Origin: Anthoceros angustus
Taxonomy: Eukaryota; Plantae; Anthocerotophyta
NCBI GenBank assembly: GCA_010909165.1
Contig: VJWM01000007.1
Location: forward strand, 186,001-250,000
Length of the DNA stretch: 64,000 bases
Direction: 5' to 3'
Positions 50,213 through 61,759 of the stretch are shown here, piece after piece. Position numbers and translations under genes: made by a program. The notes below the pieces were generated by a model. That model was not told where the DNA came from. It did not search any database and worked only from the letters and a program-made list of their open reading frames with translations. The number at the start of each line of letters is the position of its first letter. Position 1 is the first letter of the stretch.

Positions 50213-51110
50213 TTTGGTGTTGCACAAAGCTAAAAAAGCAAAAATAAATATGTACTCAGGCTTCAGCCGGGGCGTCCATCGCTGGCGGCAGCCATCACGC
50301 AAGCGCAAGCGCTGCCAGCCATGGCATCCCAGGCGCGCCTAGGGCAAGCGCGGGGCCTCCTCCTTCACACCACCGGCGGCCTCCTCCTGCGCTTCTGCTG
50401 CGCAAGAGCCAAGCCGGGAGGTCTGCACCTGGAACCGGCACCTGGAACCGCCCCGAGCCGGAGCGCAGCATGCTAAACCCGCAGCCGATACAACACAACA
50501 CCACCAATCCGGCATCGCCCAGCTGCTCCTGCTCCAGCTTCCTCCTCCCTCGCCTCCCGCCCGCTCCCGTCTGACATCCCCTGCCCTCCCTCCCTTCCCT
50601 TTCCTTTCCTTTCCCTCCTCCTCGCCCCACCCCGCCCTGCTTCACGCAGAAGAGGAGCAGGGAAGCAGGCGAGGAAGATGCTACAGGGCGGGCGGAGAGT
50701 CCAGGTCCCCGGCGAAACTGGCGCTCGCTCCCGCGCCAGCCGGCTTCGGCGAAACCCCGGCCTGCGTCGGCGTCGGTAGCTGCAGTGCCGTGTCGGTGGC
50801 GGTATGGACTACGGGCCCGCGCGACGAGCCGACGACCGAGACCTGGCCCCCCGCCGCAACGCAACGCTACGCTACAAGTGGCCGACGGAGCGGATTGGTT
50901 TCCGTGGAGGGAGATCCCGGGGGCCCGGGTGAGAGGCGTGGCGTCACTGTTTGGCACAGGGACTTGCAACAGACCTGACCTGTTCAATTCTTGGTAGGAG
51001 CCTGTCACCGCCATCGCCACCGCGCGGACGAGCATGTGCAGGCGCGAGAAGCGCAGCGCAGTCGACAGCCTATCTACTTTCTCCATGTAACGTGTGTACC
51101 TAACTGCGAT

Positions 51111-54100
51111 CTACCATCGCTCTCCCAAGCTGACCTTGAAGGAGCCTGTCCCGCTGCCGCACTCCACAACATACTCGGCTCTCACCGGTCCCAGATACAC
51201 GCCCGCGCCGTAGGCCGTGCCGCGTCGCAGTCGCCTCCACAGCCTGGCGGGGTCCCGCACACTGCCGAGGTCGGCTCCCGTCTCTACGTACGCGTACACC
51301 TGACTTTTCTGCACAGGCATCCGCACCTCTGCAGCGACCTGCGGGACGGGAGACAAGGAAACACAGGCGCAAGAAGCAAGGTCAGATATGGAGCTTTTTT
51401 CTGTCCCGCACGAAGGATGCAAGAAGAGGGATCTCACAAGTCCGCCATCTCCGCCTACCTCCAGCAAGTGCCGGCTTCGGCTCAGCTCGCCCTCGTTGTG
51501 AGCTCGCAGAGAGTATGGACCTCCGGTGGTGAAGGATTGGTACCTCGGGACATCGCCGACGCAGCCGCTGTAATGGCCGTGGAGGATGAGGACGCGTGGG
51601 GGCTCGTCTGCCGGGGCCGGCGCGTTTCCTAGCAGCATGAACCTCGTCATGCCGAGCTGGTGCCTGTTGAACATCGGGGAATTCCTGCCGATGCCAAGCC
51701 CTTGGTCCACCTGCAACCACGGGGAAGAGGGGAGTGATTCCATGCCTCCTCACGAGATCCTCACAGCGGACGGGAAGAGGAATGTAGATCTTACCTGGAA
51801 TACATCCCGGGACCCGATCTGCGTGCCGTTCACAAAGGTGGTGTTGTCCCGAGTGATCTTGCTCTGGAAGAAAGCAAGATGTTCGACTCCCGAACCTCCG
51901 AGCTCTCCCCAGTCTCCGAGCTGGTACAGGCCGTGATTCTGGATCACGCTCGCTTCGTCGCGTGTAGCAACTTCCTCCAGAACCACTCCGTAGGTTAGCT
52001 TGCTTCGTTTCGTGAAGTTCTGCCACAAAGCAAACACCGGGACAGTCACAACCCCAAACTGTAGCGAGGCCTCAAAGGAAGAAAGAACTAAGGTTGTAAG
52101 CAAAAGACATTACCTCAGTCACGTTGAGCTTAATACCAGCACGGTCCACCCACATCGCCGGTGGCTCACGGACGCTGGCAAACACTGCAGTAAGTTTCCT
52201 CTTGTTGAAACAGCTGGCTCGGAATGTTCGATTCATGTCACTGTCGTGACCGTCCAAGTAAGGGTGCAAGTATTCTAGTTTGAACCGTAGATCATCCTGG
52301 TCAGAAGGCATCACATTGCAAGGTTCAGTGGCTCAGGCACAAGCACTTTGTACACCTGTACCACGTACCGAATGTAAGGGCATCATCATCACATCAGGGG
52401 TACGCACCTGCGGTTGAAGAATGTTGGTTGTGGCAATTGAACCACAAACAGATCTATTCAGTCCCAGTATATTTCGATGCTCGACAAACAAGCTGCCTCC
52501 AGGTTGCAAGGTGCCCTGTTCTTCACCACCACGTGCACAAGTACTGATCAGCATATACAGAGAGTGCTCTGAGAGGATGTTGTAACAGATTTTGCGGGAG
52601 GGAGAAAGAATGAGGTGGACAGTGGACGTACCAGGTCGGGCCTCCCATTATCGTTGGTCAAGAAGCTCCATTCAGTGTCAACATGGGCACATTTGACAGG
52701 CCGCTCACTGACAACCACATCCAACATGACCCCACCGTCATCAGCAAGCTCAGTGTCTGGCTGAGGAGTCACTTGCACTTTGTCAAAGAGGCGTAGCTGA
52801 AAAATGTTGTGCAGGGCAGCCTTCCCTGCATCAACATTGTATGGCATCCCTTCTCTTACCTGCAATCAGTCTGTCATGTCGTGACTCCGTGCGGCTTACA
52901 GGACCTCTACAAAGGTATCAATTCTGAGCCTCAAATGTTCACCTTACAACTAGTCAACCACTAGAAAAGAAAGGAAACGAGGAGATAGTCAGAGACCAAT
53001 CACTGACCGTTTTTGGCAGCTCACGAAATATGACGCAATCCCTGGTGTGACCTGGCACACGTCTCCCACTCTTGTCCTCATGGAAGACGCGCAGCCTCGT
53101 AATATCTCCCTCCATGACATTGAACTGCAATGCACCATCCACAACGCCTCCAAAGCTCCTCACCTTGGCATAATTGTACCCATTCGAACGGTACCAGCCT
53201 TCCACCTTTTTATGGATCGTAGAAAGAGTCTGCACCGTCACCTTCCCTTGCGTCTGCAACCACCTTGCAACATCCCTTTGAAAATCAAGAGGCAACAAAC
53301 ACCTCCTCAATCTCCTTGCAACCTTTTGCAGCCTCAGTGGCATCACATCCTGACTGATATCAGTACTCCCACTAAAAGAGTGCTCTGAGCTCCAGCGTGC
53401 AGCCCCAGCACCACCGTTGTCCTCCAGCCGCTCACTTTGAGACATCGACTGTGCGGGTTCATTCATCGAGAACCCACATTCCGAATCCTTCCTGGATCTT
53501 GCGTCAGTCCGACAAGAGCCGTCCAAGACAGAGCCCACTTTGATAAATCTGCAGCGTGCCACACCTGGGTGCTCAAACCCTTGAGCTTCAATAACAACCT
53601 TCATCCCCTTACCATTCTCCTGGACACAATATCCCTTCACATACTCGTACCACCCAGTCCGAAAAATCTCAGACAGGGTAGCTTCTACGTCTTCCCGGGT
53701 GAAGGCCGACCCAGCCGCTAATCCGTGGAAACTACAAGGCAACAAAGACGCATCCAACACTGCTCCTCGAGCATCTACAAGCTGTACAGAAGTGCAATGA
53801 TATCTCCTCCTTGCTTCCAGCTCACTGACCGGTACCACTGTGTGCCCATCTAGGCCGTTCCCCTGTTTCCCTTGGTTCAGCAAACCCCCCACATTACAGC
53901 TCTCAGAGCTATCCCCGCCATTGGAGTTACTGCCATCCCCGCCACCTCCACTAAAGCTCCCCCCTCCTTCGCCGTTGCCTCCTCGACCGCCTCCCCCACC
54001 AACATCAGCAGCCCCCTGTCCAGAATCGTGGTCTACAAGAAGCGAGAAAAGATTATTCAGCATTCCAACTGCCCCTCGAATCTGCTCCAGCAGTCTAACC

Positions 54101-54486
54101 AGAATGCCGTGGGGCAACGAAACCTTGGAAAAGTCTGCGACACCGTCCCTGGCTTCAACGGCTGAAACCGAGCAACTCCCTACCACTCTTGAACAACAGG
54201 ACTGTTCCAACGCATCTGCGAAAGCAAGAAGCCCGTAGCAGCCATGCAGACAAAGATGGTGCTGGGAGCCGCAAACAACAGACCCCGGTAGACTGCCCCC
54301 TCTCCTCCCGACTATCTTGCCACCAAGTCCAGATTGTAGCGACGCGCACAGATGGTTGGGGGAATGCTGGAGCGTTTTGCCCCACCATGCAGGCCAGGGG
54401 GACGAAGAAGGGAGAAGAAGCTTGGATTGTCCGCACCGAACATCGCAACTGCCCAGGAGATGGCTAGAGCCAGCAGCACAGCCCAT
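51111..54486 (-). CDS. TOC75: Toc75-III-like Omp85 chloroplast outer-envelope channel, divergent (7 exons, ~900 aa)
   Basis: Transit peptide with poly-Gly; POTRA segments (KVEGWYRSNGY, EGDITRL); QPGGSLFVEHRN, FKLEYLHPYLDG, RDNTTFVNG, VDQGLGIG, GGPYS, VRAEY, GER end. Exons 54486-53008, 52859-52632, 52515-52408, 52296-52114, 52019-51795, 51710-51459 and 51338-51111, all phase 0. Confidence 0.9.
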
Positions 54487-54673
54487 CTCGACGCTCCGGC
54501 GCTGTCAGAGCCCTGGAGAACGCGTCGCCATCGCCGACCCCTTCCCGGTCTCGGAACCGGACACAAGGGAGGGCAAACAAACAAACCTAGCTTTTGTTTA
54601 GGAACAAGATGTTAACCAGCTTAGACACCAGGACGCGAAGCGAGAATAATAATCCGTTGTGTGAAAAATGAGA

Positions 54674-56425
54674 TCAGGCTGGTGGGAGTGGGAGTCCTGA
54701 AATAGCTGCTGCATCTAGAACCTCTTCCAAGCTGACTATCAAGCCAAGCTCGATAGAGCGCTGAGCAGCCACCCCCACGGCCACAGACAGCAAGCCCTCT
54801 TGTAAAGTCACAGCCGGGGGCCTCTGCCCATGCGATTTCACTGACGCCATGAATTCCATGTGCTCCAAATAGCTGGATCCGTGGTGCAATCCTTCCCACC
54901 TGCCAAACACAACAAACTCTTAGCACGAAGAACTGGAACTTGACGAACAGTCTTTCTGAAGTGACAGTGCGTCACTTGACTCTGTCGTCGTGAACATGGA
55001 ACGTCTTCACTCCCTCCCTGCCTCCCGATCTTAGGCCTAGCCTGACAACGCCGTCGGACACCAGTGCCTCTCCCTGAAATTCACCAACTCAGAGTAAGCC
55101 TGAGGACTTCCCCAAGCCTCCATGCCCCATGCGCATGTGATTTCAAGCGGACACGAGAGAGATCTCTCTCACCTTGCCTAGATCGCCAACAACGCTAATT
55201 TCTTGCTCGTTGCGGCTGCCTTCGGCAAACATACATAGATCCAGCGTTGCTCGTGATCCATTGTCGTACTCTATGATGACGAACGCGTTATCAAGAATGT
55301 CCGGAACCTGGCAGAGCACAGTCCAGGCAGCATTGCTGTCGCCACATGTCGTAATGCACATCAAAATTCCACACTATTAGCAGGAGGTGTAGGACAGGTC
55401 CAGACAGTACCTCACCATCGTAACTTTCATCCAGGTGATTCACGCTTTGCGCACCAGAAGCCATGACGCGAGCAGGCGTCGCTCCCGTAATCAGATTCAT
55501 AAGGTCAAAGAAATGGCAGCACTTCTCCACCAGAGTGCCTCCGCTATTCCTGTTAAAGCGATTCCAGTTGTTCACCTGCAGTCTAGAATTCAGCCTTCAT
55601 CCGAACCTGCTGTTTCCCCGCCAAGCAAGCTCAAGAAGACGCAGCAAAAGCCAGAAGCCAAGCCCTGACCTTAACAAGAAAAGGAAATCTATGTTCCCGG
55701 ATGGCAACCATCCTGACCGGTCCAACCGTCCCCGCCTTCACTTCCTCAATCAACCTGGCGACAGGAGGCATGTACCGATACTCCAGCCCGACCTGCAGGA
55801 GGATGTCTTTCCTCGCCTCCGCTGCCGCCAGCACCTGCAACCCTCGGTTCCCATCCCTCAGCATCGACATACATCCGATCCACCACTCCAAGTCTTCCAA
55901 TCCGCCTCACAGCGCAGCATCGCCAGCTACCTACCCGCTTACAGTCCTCCACTGTCGTGCACAGCGGCTTCTCCACCAGGATGTGGTGAGGCCTGGGATG
56001 GCTCAGCACGTCCAGCAGAATGGCCGCGTGCGTCATGTTAGGCGTGGCAACAACCAGCACATCGCAGATGCCGCTATCGAGCAGCTCCTTGTGGTTGGAG
56101 AAGACCTGGATAATGCATTCCAAACTCTTCAAACAGGCGCGCAAGCTGAGCTCCAGTGTTACAGTACGACAGCCCCCGCGCCTCAAGCGCTCATCGTCCC
56201 CTTACTGACCTGCAGGGAAGGCGAGTGAGGCGTCATGGAAGCGGCCACAGCGATGGCAGCCTGCTGCGAGCCCGGGAAGGGATCGGCCACAGCCACCACG
56301 GATGCCCCGGGGAGGAAGGCCAGATTGCACATGTGTTCTCGTCCCATCATGCCCGCTCCCACAATTCCGTATCGCAGGCCCCGGGGCCCGCCCCCTTCTC
56401 GCGTGACGTTGCTGCTGATCGTCAT
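54674..56425 (-). CDS. Gfo/Idh/MocA oxidoreductase (myo-inositol 2-dehydrogenase-like)
   Basis: [14 protein letters not shown] Rossmann motif, [46 protein letters not shown]; multi-exon. Confidence 0.92.
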
Positions 56426-56815
56426 CTCTGCAGCAAGCTTGCAAGTTCCGGAGTTTCTGCAACGAGCTCGCAAGTTCCACAATGCCGGAATTGCGGACAC
56501 ACACACTCTCTCGAAGCCCGGGGTTCCGGAGACGAGCGGACAGATGAGATACATCCAGATATGCTCCGTCACTGCAGGTTCAGTGCATCTGGACGTGCCC
56601 GCACATAGAGCCCACGGACTGCAGAATATTTGCCGTGTCCGGATGTTCCCCTTCGAGCCATACATACAGTAGTAGGTGGCACCTCAAAGCCAGTCTACGT
56701 ATTGGATGCGTGTCCCAGAGAATGTGATATAAATGTCATTGTGAAGTCCCTATTCCTTGGACCCGGCGTAGTGATTGGTGAAACTGCCGGTGAGACGTCT
56801 CTACAATTCATGACT

Positions 56816-59123
56816 CTACACGGCAAGGCGCTTGGCCTCCTCATCCAGCGCCGCCACTGTGCGAGCGTACATACAGAGGGAACTGTTAGCGCTAGCAGGG
56901 AAACGGGGTGCAGTCAGAGGTCGATGCGATTCATGGAGGCCAAAGCAGAGGAGAGGATTATCACCCTGGTCGGCATCCAAGCTCCAAGTCAAGACGTCGC
57001 AATGGTCGTGAGCTTGTTTCACACTCTTGCACCTGTACACATGTACACACAGCAACAAGCAGGTGAAGGAAGTGCCGTGCAAAAGACTGAAACACGTGCT
57101 GACATAATGAGACAAGGCTGGGTTTCCATGTAGCTCAATCACCCTGGTATCGGAACTGCCCCCTTGGCGATTATATAGTTCAGGGAGACCTGACACACAC
57201 AAACACACAGAGCAAGTTGCAAGCGCCTCGTCCATCGTCATGGATATCGCAGCACACCCAGCAGCAGTATGCAAAAGATTGGCAGTTTTCCTTTACACAC
57301 ATTCCTTTCTCGCACCTGAGAGATTGATTTTCCTCCCTTCTGTGACCCGATTGTTTTGAGCAACTTGAGGAGTGGTTGAACCTGCTTGGGTATCAAAGGA
57401 AGAAACTGGTTGAAACAGAGGTTGCCAAACAGATGTAACATGTATGCCCTGGATGTGTTGCAAACATCATCAATTGGGCACTAATGAAATCACCTTCTGA
57501 GCCTTGCCGTCAGTATTTCCGACACTCTTCTCACTTAGCAAGCCCGAAGCAAGAGGAGAGTATGCAATCAGTGTGATGTTCCGGTCCTGCAAGTCAGCAA
57601 GATCGAACTCACGTGTCAGATATTTTGAAACATAAGTAGCCTTACAGTACTGCCCAAGAATTTGTCATGTGCAGCTGTCAATGTAAACATTTCCTTCGAA
57701 CACCCGAAAATCATGATTTCTGTTGCTCCTGCTCACCCGGTGGGCTTTAATATCATGTGGATGAGTAGTACCTTGCAGGCCTGAAGAAGGCCGTCATTCT
57801 CTGGGTTCCGATGCAGTAAGCTGAAAAGCGTGACGAAGACTCTTATTTCCCCACACTTCAACTGCTCTTGATGAGGCAGAGTTACTGTTTGCCTATGGAG
57901 AACCATCAAGTTACCTGTATCTTACTTGGTTGGAGGCAAGTGGAATGCCGTAGCCTGCTAGGATATCGGCTGCCTCTTCCATCTACGCAGGTTTAGTGTA
58001 GTCCGAGCGTGAGCATGAGAAAGAGGAATGCTGTAGCACAACTAAAGTATTGTAAACTCACCTGAAAGAGGCTTTTAAGCTCACCTGGGCTCTAGAATAA
58101 TTGGAAACACCAACGGCAGTGGTAAGACCACCTTCGACTGCCTCCTTCAAACTTTCCATCAAGGCAGCATTGCTAAACGTGGGGAAGGGGAAGTGAATCT
58201 GTGAAAGAGCAAGACTGTCAGAACTTAGTGCTCACCCCAACAATTGAGCAGCTGAAACGAAAGGCAGTCTTTCTCAGTACCTGATACAGGTCGACACTCT
58301 CCTTTCCTAGTCGCTTCAAGCTCTCTTTAAGAGCCGATAGCAAAGACTTACGGCCCAATCTGAATCCTCCTCCTGGGGTCACACGCCTCAAGTCATTCTA
58401 AGCCCAATACCTAAGGAAGCACCTGTACAACGAAATACGTAAGATGTAAAACACGACACACGCACAGAACAGGGCAAGAGGACACTATTCTGTAGCTCCA
58501 CTTTCACACACCAATCCCAACGAGCGTGACTGTGGAGCACGCACCAACCAGTAAGTTTGTCCAGGGTATGGTGAAAAACTTAGTCGCCACCACAGGCGAG
58601 CCAGAGCCTGAATCCTGCTGAGAGCCGGCCAGGAAAGTTGCGAGCAACTGCTCTGACGATGTTCCATTCGGGATTCCCTTGTAGCCGTACACCTGAGAAA
58701 GCACTACATGAAATGCACATTTGGTGGTAGTCTGGATCATGAGGGCAGCCACGCAGCTACACACCTCAGCAGTGTCGAAGAAGTTAATTCCACCCTTGAG
58801 CAGCTGGTTGAAGACATCATTGAGAGTGTCCTGGTTGTAGCTGTCTCCGAAACCGCAGCTTGCGTCTCCCCACTGCAGTGTTCCCACGCCCAGTTTGGAA
58901 ATGCGAAGAGGCGTGTTTCCTAACGTGACCGCCGCTGCCAAGACATCGTAGTACCAATCAGTCCGTTGCCAACAACAGCCTGGGAATGGGACTCTGGTTG
59001 TTCCAATGTACCCAGGGGACTGTCGCGAGACGATGCGAGTTGCGCAGAGCAGGGCAACGTTCCCAGCCTGCGACACACGGTGACTTTCGGCTGGAGCCAT
59101 GGGCAGACAGAGGCCGATGCCAT
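56816..59123 (-). CDS. Aldo-keto reductase, probably chloroplastic (pyridoxal-reductase-like group)
   Basis: Transit-like N-terminus; LGVGTLQWG, GINFFDTAE|VYG, VATKF, SLKRLG...VDLYQ|IHFP, VGVSNY, SNQVRYSLL, IAYSPLASG, VPIPG; ends VAALDEEAKRLAV. Confidence 0.92.
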
Positions 59124-59205
59124 GTCGTGAGCAGCCCTCGCACGCACTGCCTCCAGAGCTCCAGCCTCACTTAGATTCTTCAGATTTTTGCTAAGTGGTT
59201 CAACA

Positions 59206-59259
59206 TCAGGCCCGCAGGAGTCGAACCCGCGACATCATAGCAGAAACTCCATAAACCTG
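59206..59259 (-). other. tRNA-like structural element (T-arm with perfect B-box), not a canonical tRNA
   Basis: Minus strand reads CAGGTTT ATGGAGTTTCTGCTAT GATGTC GCGGG-TTCGACT-CCTGC GGGCCTG A. Confidence 0.35.
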
Positions 59260-59816
59260 CCTGCCTAAAGGCTGGCGCACAAGAGTTAGGCGACAACATT
59301 GGTGTAAAATTTTGAATGTATCCAGAATATGCGTCCGTGATTGGCCATCTGCGACACACAACCTCCTAAGCGGCATGCCAGTATCAATGAGGACGAACTA
59401 ATGAGTAACTAATGCCCAAACCATCCCATTTCAAGTTGAGCGGTAAAATATATATATCAACTATGGATATACAGAAAAAGTCTTGCATTCTTAGATCATA
59501 CAAAATATATATACTATAAATATACAGAACAAAGTCTTGCATCCTTAGGTCATGCCCAACAAGATTCATTTAAGCCCAAACCAAACGCTTAGAGATACAG
59601 TATCATTATATTAGAGATGTGCAGTACCTGTCATATGCAAACATGGCCCCTCCTGGCCCGTGGATTCCACTCCTTCTAGTAGCTATGTCACATTCTCCCT
59701 AGTCCACCTATGGTAGTTGTATTTCTACCCCATAATTCACCTTATTTCCCAAATAATCCTTTATTTTCATGCTAAATCTATATAGCCTAAAGAAAGAAAA
59801 ATTCACACAAAAATAA

Positions 59817-60225
59817 TTTTTGAATTTATTGACATCCTATGTAGTCCCCCACATCTCTATATGCACGCCAATCTAGGTGACGTCCACGCCTTCGTCCATG
59901 TGAAAGGCCTCTTTGGATTCCTCACTGCCAAATGGAGTCACAGCCCCAAGCGTCCTCTACAGCATTCGTATCAAGCCTCATTCAGGGCAAGGTGTAAAAA
60001 GGTTTGACATTGAAATGAAAATTCATGATTTCAAATTTATTAGCCTCACGCCTCTACACACAACAAATGCAATTGCATAGAGGCATCCCTCTTTGCATTT
60101 ATTTTGAGCAATCCTTAGGCTTGGGTTTAGGAAGCCGTACGAAATCACATTATTTTTTATATTATTAGCATCCTATATGATCCTCCACATCTCGACATGC
60201 ACGCCAATGATGTGAAGGTCACGCC
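59817..60225. repeat. Dispersed ~70-bp direct repeat (59817-59890 / 60153-60225), probably subterminal repeats of a decayed DNA transposon
   Basis: Shared CATCCTAT...CCACATCTC...ATGCACGCCAAT...CACGCC in AT-rich non-coding DNA. Confidence 0.5.
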
Positions 60226-60250
60226 TTTTTCGAGAAAATAATTTTGATTA

Positions 60251-60599
60251 CCGTACCCCAAGGGGTGATTCGACGTTAATTAATTAAAACTAGTAAAAGT
60301 TGAAAATCCAGAAATTATTATACTTAAAATGTTGAATAGGTAAAAATTTATGAGTTTATGATGTCGAAAATAAGGAAACTAGGGTTTGTGTGGAAAATTA
60401 GGGCCTATTTAGGGGAGGTCTATACATATCCATTAGTTTTATATATATACCTATGTATTTTAATAAATGTTGAAATTTGATAAAATTAGTTTTTGTAAAT
60501 GTTGAAATTTTGAAAAATATAAATATTTATGTTGAACCTTATTTTTTCAAAAATCAATTATTTCAGCATTATCCTGTTGAACAACCCCTTGGAGTACGG
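60251..60599. mobile_element. Tc1/mariner-type MITE, copy 2
   Basis: TA TSD; TIR CCGTACCCCAAGGGGTGATTC / GAACAACCCCTTGGAGTACGG; collinear with copy 1. Confidence 0.88.
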
Positions 60600-60883
60600 T
60601 AATTGAAAAATAATTGAGGAATTACAACACAGGGTCCTAAACACTTCTAAGAGCTAGGATTTCTTAACTAATAGTGAATATGTCCATAACTTCTTTTCCT
60701 GTCATTTTCCTCTTTAGATCTTAAAACACTCGGTTTTCTTTGCCGAGGCTTCTTAATCAATATCGAATCTGTCCATAACTTTTTTTCTTGTCATTTTCTT
60801 TCCTTGCCAGAGTCCGTTTATATAAACTCAAAAGCGTTAGGTAGCAATAGTTTAGCATTGAGCGCGAAGGCATCGGCATCGGT

Positions 60884-61759
60884 ATGGACAACTGGGATAG
60901 AGGCACTAAATCCACTGTCACTAAGATCCCATTACTAGGCACTAGGGCCGGGCCTCGAGATGGAGCACTCTGGGCGCAACGCCTCAAGGAGGAGTACCAG
61001 GTGGGCTATGAAACGAGCTACTGGGCTCCGTTGACTTCCATAATCCTCTGATTCAACTTTGCTTTCTATCTTCAATTCATGCTTGTTGTCCTTGTGATGT
61101 AGCAAATTACTTTGTTTTGTTCCATTATTAGGCTCCCCAAGTTCCTACCTTCCTTCTACATGCTTTTCCTTATTCGCTTGCTTTGCTTTGTTGCTTTGAA
61201 CAGGCTCTCATCAAGTACATGGAGATGAACAAGGCCAATGATAATGACTGGTTTAGGATAGCCGCGACCAATTCTGAAAGCACCAAGTGGAAGGGCAAGT
61301 GCTGGTACATCCACAACATGCTCAAGTACGAGTTCGATTTGCAGTTCGACATACCGGTCACATACCCAACTATTGCACCAGAGATCGAATTGCCTGAGCT
61401 GGATGGGAAGACGGCCAAGGTATTACCCATTGACTGGATTTTGGGGCTTTTGCGAGGTTTCACACATGAGATCAACTGTTACTGTGCAGATGTATAGAGG
61501 AGGAAAGATTTGTCTTAAAGTGCATTTTAAGCCTTTGTGGGCTAGGAACTGGTATGCTCTTCGAGATTTAGCATGTTCATTACCTTTAGATTATAATGGT
61601 GTCTCTTCTTCCCCTGACTTCTTGCATGTGTGGTTGTGCAGCCCTAAGTTTGGGATTGCACATAGCTTGTGCCTAGGTCTAGGGCCTTGGCTAGCAGCCG
61701 AAGTTCCACATCTTGTTGAGACCGGGGTAGTACGACACAAGGATAACATTGCTGCGTAG
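60884..61759 (+). CDS. UFC1: Ubiquitin-fold modifier-conjugating enzyme 1; exons 60884-61000, 61204-61419, 61490-61551, 61642-61759
   Basis: [12 protein letters not shown]...[42 protein letters not shown]; canonical splice sites. Confidence 0.97.

Noticed and set aside
54674-56425. Gfo/Idh/MocA gene as a recent bacterial transfer
   Set aside because: It has multiple spliceosomal introns and belongs to a family also present in seed plants.
56630-57133. 167-aa plus-strand ORF as a separate gene
   Set aside because: Antisense to the last AKR exons and 3' UTR, starts at a non-ATG codon, no motif.
60681-60800. Short direct repeats in intergenic DNA (60681/60770; also 59467/59520 and 62447/62499)
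   Set aside because: Two-copy ~30-bp slippage-type repeats with no further structure.
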